DNA of 64,000 nt from Chara braunii. Its lineage: Eukaryota; Plantae; Charophyceae. The position numbers were made by a program, and so were the translations under genes. The stretch's first letter is position 1. Each line of letters starts with the position of its first letter. Shown piece after piece: positions 1-11,450 of this stretch. Below the pieces are notes generated by a model. That model did no database searches. It was not told the origin of the DNA and saw only the letters and a program-made list of their open reading frames with translations. Location: assembly GCA_003427395.1 (NCBI GenBank), contig BFEA01000025.1, positions 1,376,933 through 1,440,932 on the forward strand. Direction: 5' to 3'.

Positions 1-162
1 CGAACGGAGGGCAGCCCACGAGCTGATGGAGGGTGAGGTAATCAAGGGGACAACGTGATAACGACCAGGGACGAAGCCCGAGGGCCCGCATGATCCACAT
101 CTCCACGTATGCGAACGGTGGTCTGCGGTGGTGGACAGGATTGAGCCGACAAAGAACTTCTT

Positions 163-1760
163 CTACGGCGTCGGCATCTGGATCCCTCCTCGGTGGTGAC
201 ACCATCTTCTCTGGGCTCCTCCTGTGGTGGCTCTGGATTGCGCACCGGATCGCCTTGTAGTAGCCGCGCCTCGGGTCCGTCTGACTCTTCCACCGACCGC
301 TTTCCTTCTGCCCTTTCCCGCTTCTTCTGGGCTGTCTTCGTCTTCCTCCTCACTCCGTCCGTTGGAACTGTCCGATCCACCCGACTCACTTTCTTCCAGC
401 TCGCCCTCCTTAGACTCGTGGTAGTCGGGATCATCAGATCCCGATCCCGAGTTTTCTTCTTCTTTTTCGCTCCCCTCCTCTCTCTCTTCCTCCTCTTCGT
501 CTACCTCTTCTTCTACTTCCACCTTTCGAGTGATCGGATCCCACAAGGTGAGATCGGTCACGTCAATGACCAGATAGTGGCCCGAGGAAGGGTAGTAGGA
601 GTTGTCTCGGTCGAGCTCCGTACATGTGGACCATAACAAATGCGGTATTAACGTACGGGTGAGCGTCGCCGGTGTGGACTGCTCATCACAACGCAAAATT
701 ATATCTAGAGGCAGATCGTCCAGGAGTTGCGCCAGGAACACCAGAACTTCGCCCGTGATTGGCTCCAAGTGGCCGTCCCTCACTTTTTCGAACAGAATCC
801 CCAACAACTCTTCTTCCGTGTCCGTTCTCCACGCCTAGATTATCAACAGCTCCACGTCATCTTCAGGGACTTCGTCTTCCTCGTCCTTATCGGCTGGCTC
901 CGCCCAATGGAAGATCACTTTGAGAAGGCAGAAGCTGAGTTCGACATAGGCGTTCCACCACTCCGCCCACTTGCCGACGTCAAGGATCGGCATGTCCAAT
1001 GGCCTGATCCGAAAAGAGAGAGGGACGTCCGTAGCGGAGTGGCAAAAGGTAGGGAGATCAGAGGGACGCCCGAAGGTCGAGAGGCGGTGCCGGTTCATTG
1101 AGGCGGCGGGAAGAGAAGAAGCTCTGGGATGATGACCTCCAGCGTAGAGAGAGAGAGTCTAAGCTGGCTGAGGTCGATGTCGTTGGTGGAATTGATCCAA
1201 TCACCTGGCCAAGCTAACAACTGGATCCACGCATCTATGAGCTCCTGCGCCCAGAGTCGCAGCTGTCGGAGGGCGCCTGGATGAACGGACGGATGCAACG
1301 CCGTAACGTCACTGGTGAAGGCAACGATCACTGTCACGTGGCTGACAACTGGTGGAGATAGCCGCAGAAAAGACGACACCTCGGCGGCTCAGCCAACGCC
1401 CGTGTTCGATTGCTGGTCCAGGCAAATTGAAATTCTGTTGTCGCGTGGATGGCTACTGTACTGAAGAAAGTCGTGAAACGAGACTCAATCGAGGTCGCTG
1501 TACCTGCCGGATCAACGAAATATGCCCTCCAGGTCTCATTAGGCGTTCGCTAATAACCTGCTTGGTAAAAAAACTCATGGCGATGGGGGAGAAGGTAGAC
1601 ACGTAGGCTGAGAGGAAGGGGAATCAGAGTAGTCGAGTTTGAGGTCGTTGCCTTCCTTTTCATAATCGAAGGACGACGTAGACGATGGGGGGGAAGGAGA
1701 AGGAGGTAAGGGATGGAGATAGGACACGTGTCGAATGATCGGTCGAGCCGATCCACTTCC
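163..1760 (-). pseudogene. Extra ORF downstream of pol (env position), unknown function, acidic E/D/S-rich C-terminus, fragmented
   Basis: Successive minus-strand ORF pieces 1095-1379, 835-1098, 163-807 in the same sense as pol; upstream limit approximate. Confidence 0.6.
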
Positions 1761-2059
1761 CGGAGACCTCCGGTGCAAACCGCACTGTGTTCACTCCGCT
1801 AGGACCGAGCTCGACTACGTGAAATCACCCTAAGAATCATGGCGCTAACTTGCCCTGGCGAGCACATTTCCTTACCTGCACTATGTCCCCTGATTTATAC
1901 TGGGGCCAAGGCCCAGCGTTCCTATTTCGGGCCTCATAGTTCTGGACCTATCGTCCATGGGCCATTTCGGTCATCCGTTGTCTTTTTCGGGCTAACCGGG
2001 GGAGGGTCTTTTTCCATTAACTCTAAGTGGCGTTGAGCCTTGTCCTTGACCGTTGCCCT

Positions 2060-2830
2060 CGTGGCTCGTCGCGCAAGGGTCGTCTCGTCGTTGAGGCTTG
2101 GCAGGGCTACGCAGACCAGACTATTGGTCCGTAGCTGAAAAGGGGTCAGGTCGGTGGACTCTTGGGGTGTCCCTTGGTGGACAACTAAGATGTGGTCTAC
2201 GATATCGGGTCAAGGCCTCGTGTCCCAAACCGCAATATTTCGCTGCACGGCTGTCTTTATTACCCGGTTCGCATTCTCTACCAGTTCGTTCGATTGCGAC
2301 ATATGGGGGGTCATATTGCGAATGGAGACGCCATATACGACCAGGCTCCTTAAGACTTCTCCTCAGAATTCTGCCCCGTTATCCGTTAGGATTTCCTTGG
2401 TGTCTTGATGCATTGCGAGGAAGCAGTTGGCATACCGCACAATTTCCACCGTCTGTCGTGTTTTGCAGGGCTAGGCCTCGATCCATTTTGAGAAATGATC
2501 CACGAATACCAGAAGAACTAAATATTCGCAGCTATTTGGTCCTGGGGGCATGGCAATATCTGTCATGTCCATGCTAACCCTTTGGAAGGGCCGCTCGACT
2601 ACAGTAGGCACTATCGACCTAGGCGGCTGAATCGACGCCTTCTCCGCCACGCAGACCGGACAATTTTTCACGATGAATTTAACATCGTCCCGGATATTGG
2701 ACCAATATCACTTGTTTTCGTCAATTGCAGCCTCCGTCATCCTGACAGCAAAGTGAGCGGTGGTTTCTTCGTGGGCCGACTTAACCTAGTCGTACCTCAT
2801 GAACGGATGAGGCACCAACATCCAAATCCC
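2060..2830 (-). pseudogene. Integrase (HHCC zinc finger + DDE core) of Gypsy A
   Basis: AHEETTAH...CPVC; PFQRVSMD; VDHFSKWIEA; ILTDNGAEF; QSNELVENANRVIK, with in-frame stops. Confidence 0.9.
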
Positions 2831-3064
2831 ACTACCATCAGTCTTTCGTTTTTCTAACTGTCCGTCGTTCCGTCAGTAAATGCGTACCCTCTCGTTAGCT
2901 CGCCTCCGATCTTTCTTGGTGAATTCTCAGAGCGAGTTCCTGACCACCGTGGCTATCAAAACGACATCTGTCCATACTTCCACCGGTTGAAATTTGCGTG
3001 TCTTTTCCAACCCTTTGGACGTGGCTTCGAGGAATCGAGCCTCCATTGGGATTTTATCGTTTCG

Positions 3065-3230
3065 ACACAAAGGACATAACCACGCTTTATCCGCATTTCT
3101 GTAGTGAATACATGAGCCATGGGTCTGAGAGACACACCGTTCACAGTCTACCCACTCGACATACCCTTCGCCACTAGGATGGATAGGAACCGAATAGACT
3201 CGCGATGCTTCACAAAATAACAAAATTTTT
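3065..3230 (-). pseudogene. PHD-finger (C4HC3) domain within pol of Gypsy A
   Basis: EWVDCERCVSQTHGSC-x9-WLCPLC; the first CxxC (CYFC) is restored by adding one T in a T run near 3215. Confidence 0.8.
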
Positions 3231-3399
3231 CAAGCAAGGAGAGAAGAGAAAAAAGTGAGAAGGGAGAAAAAGAGCCTCTTGGATTACCTTCTCCACCCAT
3301 GGCCATCGTGTCCACGTGTCACTTTCTGGAAGTTCGGGGGAGAATGGCCACCCCACCGTACGGGGGTCCCTTGACTAGCTCCGACTCTTTCCACGACGT

Positions 3400-4060
3400 G
3401 ATCTCTTCACCTTTGGCCACCTTTCTTGGCCGATGAAGTCGTGTCAACCCGTCCGCGTTCCCGTGCTTTTCCGCCTTCCGATGGATGATGTCGGAGTCGT
3501 ATTCTTGTAGCCGGACAGCCCATCGCCCAATCATGCTCTTATAGTTAGTGATCCTCTTGAGGGCCAGTAGGGGTTCGTGATCCGTGACGAGGAGGAACTT
3601 CTGTCCGTATAGATACGGATGGACGTGCTGAATTCCCCAAACGACCGTGTAGCACTGACATTCTCCTCGAGGGTCCGAATCGTTCCTTCTTTCGTCGGGT
3701 ACATTTCGCGAGGCGTATTCAATGACTTGTTAGCGACCGTCCTTCCCCTTCTGGGCCAAAATAGCGGAGATCGCCTCAAGCTGTCAGTCTGTAATGGGGA
3801 TATTAAATTGCTTACCAGGATCAGGCCGAATCAAAATAGGCGCGGAGGCGATGACCTCCTTCAAAGTGACAAAGGTCTGTTCGCACTACGCGTCCCACTT
3901 CAGTGGCTGGTTTTGCCGTAGGAGGTTTGTCAGAGGTCGAGCAATCGCCGCGAACCCCTTGATAAACCTTCGGTAGTACGAGGCCAGCCTAGGAAGGTGC
4001 GAACCTGCATCAACGACGTGGGCGTAGGGGCGTCTTGAACCGCCTTGACTTTTCTCGAAT
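3400..4060 (-). pseudogene. RT connection and RNase H of Gypsy A
   Basis: SYYRRFIKGFAAIARPLT; SAPILIRPD; EYASR; YGQKFLLVTDHEPL; RWAVRLQEYD; HGNADGLTR. Confidence 0.9.
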
Positions 4061-4207
4061 TTGGCCTCAAACCTCCTCATGTCACCATATACCCAGGAAC
4101 GAGATTTCCGAAAGGAAAAACTTACTTTTCTCCAGCGCGATCTTCAACCCAGCATCCCGCAATGCCCCGAACGTCCACTCAATGTATTGAGCATGTCCGT
4201 GAAACGA

Positions 4208-4918
4208 TTAAGAATACACCAAGATATTTTCCATATACACAATGACGCAGAAGTTGACCATTCCCTGGGTCAGTCGGGTCTTGTTGACGAAGTTATGAAA
4301 GGTAATGTTCATCGCTCTCTGAAAGGTAACTGGCGCATTGCACATTCCCGTAGAGCAACGAACCCACTGCCAAGTGGCTTCGAACAATAAGAACGCCGTT
4401 TTCGGTCGATCCTCCTCCTTAACCAGGATATGATGGAACCCATGACGGATATCAAACTTACTAAAATATCTAGCACACCCAATCGCATCCAATAGATCAT
4501 CAATCCTGGGGAGGGGGTACACATCCTTGATCGTGATACCATTCAACTTCCTATAATCGATGCATATGTGAATCGACCCATTCTTCTTCAGAGCTAGAAC
4601 TACGGGGAATGACCATGGTCCAGTAGCTGGCTCAATCCAACCGTTAGCTTCGAATTCCCTGATTCGTTCCAACGCTGTTTTTCGTTCGGCGAGGGAATAT
4701 CGGTATGGCTTGGAGTGGATTGGTGGGTGCGTTCCGGTTTGGATTTTGTGCTGAATAACTAACGAGAGTTCGATATCCGTGTCCTCGATGCTAATCACCC
4801 CTTGATATTTGATTAGGATATCTGTGATTAGTCGATGAGTTTCGTCGGACACGTACTGTGGCACATGTAGTTCATAGAGCTGTCCATGTATGTTAACCAT
4901 CACCTGTTTCGAAACCAC
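4208..4918 (-). pseudogene. Reverse transcriptase of Gypsy A
   Basis: KPYRYS, CIDYRKLN, YPLPRIDDLLD, FSKFDIRHGFHHI, NAPVTFQR; catalytic YxDD decayed to YMEN. Confidence 0.95.
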
Positions 4919-5559
4919 TTTACTACCATTCCCCGACGAAGGAGCTGAGATAAATGAGTTGTCTGATCGCTAGGAGAACACCGTGGTGACCATCTGGGCG
5001 TCTTCTTCCCGGATTGGCACGTGTTCTTCTGGTGTTATGCCGTCATCGATATCCTGCAAGCTTATGGGTTTCTCGGCGATCTTGATCCCGCGTTCGTAAG
5101 AGTTGCCGCGCCCAGGGGGTTCCAAAACTCTTCGGCGCCCTGTCGCGGCAATCGAACCTCTTTCCCTTTAGAGAGCAGGGAACACGGTAATCCCGTAATG
5201 TCGCAGAATGCTTTGAAATTCTAGTCGCTATATCTCGAAAGAAGCGGGGTGGTGGCTTCGTATAAGGTGCGAGGGGGTTCCAAAGAATCAGCCATTCGGG
5301 ATACTTGCACGAGTGGTTCCCCTAAGATTAGAGCCCGCGTCCGTTGGAGATTTCTTTCCACAAGGACGAATGTTTTTGTTGTTTTTTGTCGAACGGGGTA
5401 GCGTATCCGTTGGTACACCATATCTCGGATTGCTTGGTCTGATTCGTCCTCGCTGTCAGAAGAGCTGATTGACAACTCAGGTGCCATTTCTCCTTGGTTC
5501 GTTTCCTTCCAGGTGATCACAAGGAGTGGTTCTTCGGTCCCGGGGAGGCGCAATTTCGG

Positions 5560-6000
5560 GTGGCAGGCAACGTAGTCCGGAGAGTTAAGCGCATCGGGAT
5601 AACGTATGGTTTCCTGCCCGTATTCCACAAAATGACTGACTGCCTCTCGAAATCGAGATCGACTCTTAGTGCGGTAAGGACCGGTAATCCAAAAAAAACA
5701 TCGTATGTGTTTATGTCTAGTACCATGGGTCCACGACATCTCCCAACGCGTGAACTTTCCCTAGTCGAAACGCAACATTTATCATCCTTCCTAATACCTT
5801 AATCGTTTCCTCGTCGGCGGAGACAAGGTGATCTCCTTCTGCCAACGGGATCAAATCCTTTCTTCTTCCTGCCCGTTCCACGACCCTCAAGGAAATGGCT
5901 AGGACCGCGGCTCCTTGTCGATAATAACATTGTACGGTTTTTCCCTGACTTCTGTGTTGCATTCCGCCGATTTCCACGGAATGGCCTTAATGCACAAAAA
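5560..6000 (-). pseudogene. Aspartic protease of Gypsy A
   Basis: Frameshifted VIID-GAAVLAIS motif near 5920 and YDVFFGLPVL C-terminal motif. Confidence 0.75.
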
Positions 6001-6155
6001 AATGGTCGTCTTTTCGGATGAGTCCTAACCGTATCGGGTCCGAGGTTATGGAGACATCGGGTTTGTCTTCGCAGGAGGGGGCTTTCCCTTTGATGGTTGC
6101 TCGCTTAGCGAGGGCAAACCGTTTCGAGTTTGCCTTGCAATGCTGCAACATTCGT

Positions 6156-7560
6156 TCATTCGCCTGTTTCGATATGGACAACAGGTGTCCGATAGGCAAG
6201 GGGATTCAATGATAGGGCTCGAACGATATGCATGACATCAATTTCTCCCGTAACGAAGGCAAGACCACCCGATTCCATTTCTCTGGGGGACGGTCTCCAT
6301 TCTGCTATTTCCCATTGCTCGTTCGCTGGGTGGATGGTTCTAATCATTCCCAACCCTTGGTAGCCCAGCGAGATGTATTGATGGAGCGGGATAAGTTCTG
6401 CAACTTTCTCGGTGGTAGCTATCACGCTCCCCCCTCCTTCTATCTCCTCAATCATCGTGCCCACTCTTCCTGGTCCGTTGGCTACCGGTGCTGCTACCAT
6501 AGGGGCGCCTCCTACTCGGAATTGCACTGGTCGGTTGAGGGCCTTGGGGCAGTCCTGGGCTAGGTGGCCGGGGTGGTGACACGTGTAACAGACGCCTAGA
6601 TTAGCCGCTGCACCGCTTACAGCCTGAGCGGGGGCCGCTGCTTGTGTTATGGGCGCAACTCGGACGACAATAAAGCGCATCGATCTCATCATGACTTCTA
6701 TTCGGGCATTATGCTCATGCTGTTCTTTCTTGCTTTGCTGCATCAGGCTAACCAATGTTCAAGTTAGCTCCAATATGGCGTCTGACTCACTTGGTTTCGC
6801 GGGAGGATCTGGGGAAAGCGCAGGTAGGGGAGGTGTAGGTGCGACCATCATAGGCAGTTCCATGGTTGTGTTTGGTATTGGTCTTAGGTAAGTAACGGGG
6901 CCGGAGACGAAGGCCATGTTTTCAAACTTTTTTGGAGCGCAACTAGTTCGGCCTTCGCTCTGGCCAATTCCGAAGAGTCCCCTTCCTTGGCGTGATCTTC
7001 CCCATCTAAGAAGCTAGCGGCAAACTTTTCTTCATTTCTTCCTCAGCGTCCATGATCTGTTGCATGGTGTGATTGATGGGGGAAAACTGCTTTCGCAGTT
7101 TCGCCCTCATCGTTCGACTTCGAAGCCCATCGATAAACAAATCTCTTCTGATATTTTCGCCCTGTTCAGACTTAGCAAACAACCTATAGAACCTACTGCG
7201 GCATTCGATAACGGATTCCAGGGGCTTCTGGACTCGATCTTTGATCATAAAGAAAGCCTGCTCAGGGTGGATGTAATCAAATCGGTTTAAGAAGTCTCTT
7301 TCGAAGGTCGAGAGATCTACCCAGACGTAAGTAATAAACCAATGGTGCATCCCCTCCCAACCTAGCGGGGATGTTGATTGTGGCCTCATCATTGTCGTCT
7401 TGTTGTGGGCGCAGCGTGGCTAGCCATGCTTCGACCAGATGATGTGCAGGGTCAAAAAGGTATAAATCAGGCGGAGTCGTCGGGGCGGATGCTCGAGGCC
7501 CCAAGGGGCTAGGGCCCCACCAACATTTGGTGTCGGGTTGGCATTCATACTGGCAGCCTG
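6156..7560 (-). pseudogene. gag of Gypsy A
   Basis: Retrotrans-gag-like QKPLESVIECRSRF...FIDGLR and zinc knuckle CYTCHHPGHLAQDC. Confidence 0.85.
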
Positions 7561-7693
7561 TCGACCAGCCGATCTACTCTGGGTTATTATAGGGTTGTGT
7601 CGTGGCGCGTTTCTCTGCCAAGGGCGCCCTCTATTTGCCAGATCGTCCCTTATACCCGACCTGATTGACAATCTCTTTGCCTGCCACGTGTCG

Positions 7694-7705
7694 GCTCCGA
7701 TACCA
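7694..7705 (-). promoter_or_regulatory. PBS-like sequence (initiator tRNA-Met type)
   Basis: TGGTATCGGAGC matches TGGTATCAGAGC at 11/12 upstream of gag, but is not directly preceded by an LTR-terminal CA. Confidence 0.4.
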
Positions 7706-8022
7706 ACCTCACGCTTGACGCGACTTCTTGATCGGAGTGTGAGTGGGCCTGGAAGTGTGAAAAGGGGTTATGCAAATGATTTTAGGAAAGTGGGAGCCTG
7801 AGTGGAGTCCCAGGTAGGAACTGAGATCTCGTGGGACAAGCCCTGAGATGCGAATGCAGAAAGGTAGGCGCGAACTGGAGTTCCGTTTTGCCTCGGGGGG
7901 GGGGGGGCAGCGCTACCGCTTTCGTTGGTTTTGTAACTTTTATTGTCCGGGTCGGGGTCGTATCTGGTGCATTATCGGGACGCTATGGGTATCCCGCTGA
8001 TTCCTCACCTGCCAACGTCGAA

Positions 8023-8984
8023 TGTCACAAGTCCCCAAATCCGACGCAGCGGGCCTCAATCTAAGACTGTGCCCCCATCGTTCTTCCACTGATTAAGTTC
8101 TCCGGATGAAGCCGGAGGCTCGGTTCTTGTGGTCCCACAGAAAGTCTGAGCACGGGCGTTGGGGCCAGTAAGGAGCGATTGCGAGCCAGGGGACGATGGT
8201 TAGGCAGTGGTAGGCTAGGATGTGATGAAAGGGAGGGAATTCGGTCCCTAAGATAATGATTTCGGGCCCCATGAGGACGTGACACGTGTATGGGCTAGAG
8301 TAGTTGGGGAGATGGGGTTTAAGTTCCAAGGCCTGGTCGAGGTCCCACTCGCAAATACATTCGTTCCCTGTCGAGTAGGGAAATTTTGGCGGTTCCGCCC
8401 AGGGTCGTGCAGGCAAACAAGAGTGTTCCCAATATTCCTGGAATTCCCGATCCCTCAAACACGCGCGGTCAGTGACACAAAAGAGAACGCCGAAATTCAT
8501 GCTCCAAGCCGGGATGGAACACCAGCTAATCGGGAAATTAGCCGAGTTCAGGTTTTCGCAGACGTGCGTGGAGGCGGCGATCCTGTTTGGCCGAGCCTAC
8601 ACGTGCGTGTGCGGAACCTGTCCTTCGATCTGGTGGGTGAAAGCCAATGATTCGCGAGATGGGTCATCCTATAGTGAGACGATCGTCTAATAATCTAGCA
8701 TGTCTATCCAATTCATACACAAACAAAATCACGCCTATCATCCATGCATCTAGCTCAAATACAAACAGAAAGAATCAAGGATGATGCAACAATTCTTTGA
8801 CCAATCAGCTCCGAGATCACACAAGGCTCAAATGTCGGGAACCAATCAATCCGATTTGTCGGTTAGTCTTCGAATAAAGGAAGCAAGGAAAACGAGAAAT
8901 TCGAGATGCTGATTAAAATGAAAGACAAGGCGACTGGCACCGATACCAAAATTACTCAGAAGAATGGAGGAGAACATCACTACA
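8023..8984 (-). repeat. Putative 5' LTR of Gypsy A
   Basis: Minus strand TGTAGTG...GTGACA termini; no partner LTR in the window to confirm. Confidence 0.3.
8093..8500 (-). CDS. Accessory ORF of unknown function, homologous to 56505-57134
   Basis: Shares FPY, CEWD, FPP(F/Y), PW..(I/V)AP.WP, CSD and RA.GF motifs in the same order with the ORF at 56505. Confidence 0.6.
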   Translation of the reverse strand: MNFGVLFCVTDRACLRDREFQEYWEHSCLPARPWAEPPKFPYSTGNECICEWDLDQALELKPHLPNYSSPYTCHVLMGPEIIILGTEFPPFHHILAYHCLTIVPWLAIAPYWPQRPCSDFLWDHKNRASGFIRRT

Positions 8985-8993
8985 ACACATCCC

Positions 8994-8994
<1 letters not shown>

Positions 8995-9045
<51 letters not shown>

Positions 9046-9267
9046 NNNNNNNNNNNNNNNNNNNNNNNNNNNNNNNNNNNNNNNNNNNNNNNNNNNNNNN
9101 NNNNNNNNNNNNNNNNNNNNNNNNNNNNNNNNNNNNNNNNNNNNNNNNNNNNNNNNNNNNNNNNNNNNNNNNNNNNNNNNNNNNNNNNNNNNNNNNNNNN
9201 NNNNNNNNNNNNNNNNNNNNNNNNNNNNNNNNNNNNNNNNNNNNNNNNNNNNNNNNNNNNNNNNNNN

Positions 9268-9338
<71 letters not shown>
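8995..9338. repeat. (CT)n microsatellite spanning an N gap
   Basis: CT runs on both sides of the gap. Confidence 0.95.
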
Positions 9339-9341
<3 letters not shown>

Positions 9342-10814
9342 ACAACCTCTCGATGCGGGCAGTCCATCGCCTCGCACCCACACAAAGTTGTCACCCCGCT
9401 TAGTCCAAGCATTCCAGCCAGGTTCGCCTGTGTGCCACAGTCCGTTGTGGCCCCACGTCAACCCCGCACGCCCAGCACCAGCTCGTCGGGTCGCCCAACT
9501 CCCTACTCACCTTCCAAATCTCGCTCGTTAGCGGGTCCTCTCAACCGCGCTAACTCCCATAATTCTTAGAGAGTGAGTTAATCGCGCTTGCGAAATTTAT
9601 AGCATGCATGCTTGCGCGAGATACTCGGGGTTGTGGCTAAGTGAAAAAAGTAGGAGGAGGAAGGAAAACTTAGTGCCTATGTCTGCATGGGCAGGCCGCG
9701 GCGTGAAGGACGTAGCCTCACTCCGCAAATCGATCCAGTCATGCAAGCGTTCCGGCCAATTAGGACAGAGGAAGAAGTACGCACGCACATCGACGCCACG
9801 AAAGATATCAAGAACAGGAGGATTACAGTTGCAATTATGCCTGCCAAAACAAAAATTACACTTACACGCAAGGATAAAGGCGCGGAAAAGTCAGAACACA
9901 GATCCTGGCGCGGCAAGGCGTGCGCAAGCAAGAAGCGCCGTGCAACAAAAATTGAGACGCTCCTAAATTCCTAATCTAAATTCTAATTGCAAAAAGAAAT
10001 TTCGAACGAAGCAAATTTTGAGGGCCCACAGGGGCTCGACCTCAGTTGAAAATTCAAAAAAGTTTTTCCTGTGCGATGACCGCACCCAAAATTCCCATTT
10101 CCCACAGCAGAACAAGAAAGAAGCTATGGCAACAATTATCTTCCGCGCTTGCTAAGGCGCGACCAGCTACCAATCGTCACAAGATCGCCCCGGCCTCGAT
10201 TCCGAAAATAAGAAAAAACAAGGGCAACCATGTAATCCCGCGGGCCCTCCCGACTCAACCCCCGAAGTAGCCTTGCGCAGAAAATCGCGCGGTTGCAGAA
10301 AACAGTTCTTTACAGTGCGTTGTGTTCGGGGGAAGACGGTAGGCCCGGGTAGGGTCAATTGGTGGAGGACCAGCCCAGTGCCCGGAGGACCGCCCTGCAG
10401 CACGGATGACCGACAGACCATTTGAAGGACCGACCAACGTAGGGGACCTGGCCAAAAAATTCCTAGGACTGGATGTGGGTCGTGAAGACTATGGCAGAAC
10501 CATAGGGGCCAGACTAGCACCATGAGCGTGGGGCTCTGAACCATGGAGCAGACCTGGACTGTTGCGCTGGACCCAAGGCAATGCAGGCACCATGAATTGG
10601 GCCTGGGCGGCTTGAACAGGGCCTACTGTACGTCACACAGACATCAGCAGAAGGACCAGCCCAAAGTGGGCGTTTGGCACGGGGCAAATGGTCCCGCTGG
10701 GACTGTAAGTCCCAACGCATGCTTTTGCCCAGGGGCATTCGGGAACTGCACATGCACTAGAACACACAAGCGTGTGTTTCTCTTCTGGCATGAGAACGAG
10801 GACAGGGTCCTGGT

Positions 10815-11450
10815 CTGATCAACGCATGGTGATCAACGCATAGAGATCGGCCCACGGTAATCAGCATGCGGTGATCAGCGCACCGTGGTCACCGCACGGT
10901 ATTCAGTGAACAGTAATCAGTGTCCGGTGATCAGCGCACACTATTCAGCACATGGTAATCAGCATACAATGATCAGGGCATGATATTCAACACACAGTAA
11001 TTGGCGCATGGTAAGCACAGTGATCAGTGCACGTCAGTATATGGTGATAAGTGCAAGGTATTAAGCGCACGGTGATTAATGCACAAAGATTGACGCGCGG
11101 TAATTAGCGCACAGTAATCAGCGCACGGTGATTCGCACACAAAGATTGGCACACGGTAATCAGCGTATGGGGATCAGCGTACGGTGATCGGTCCACGCTA
11201 TTCAGCATACGGAATGAGCGCACGGTAATCAGGGCACGACATCCAGCGCACAGTAAAGCAGCGTACGATCAGTCAGTGCACGGTAATCAGCGTGTGATAA
11301 TCACCAGATGACAACGCACAATAATCAGTGGACGATAGTACCCAGAAGTCACTCGGATAATGACGCTCAATAATCAGTGGAAGAAAGCGCAACAATCAGC
11401 GGATGATGACACACGATAATCAGTGGGCGACAGCGCTTGGAGATTAGCGT
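10815..11450. repeat. Degenerate minisatellite, ~16-18 bp unit like GGTAATCAGCGCAC
   Basis: Dozens of diverged head-to-tail copies. Confidence 0.85.

Larger units (their letters stand above)
1..8984 (-). mobile_element. Ty3/Gypsy LTR retrotransposon A, degenerate; 3' end runs off the window start
   Basis: Minus-strand order gag(CCHC)-protease-RT-RNase H-integrase (Gypsy order), many stops and frameshifts; right boundary is a guess from a TG start at 8984. Confidence 0.9.

Noticed and set aside
193-636. Hydrophobic env-like ORF on the plus strand
   Set aside because: Antisense shadow of the GA-rich acidic ORF
8934-8948. Second PBS-like TGGTATCGGTGCC
   Set aside because: Weaker tRNA match, not adjacent to an LTR end, and lies just inside the putative LTR start
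8846-9569. ORFs through the CT microsatellite and other N gaps
   Set aside because: Open only because of repeats and unknown bases
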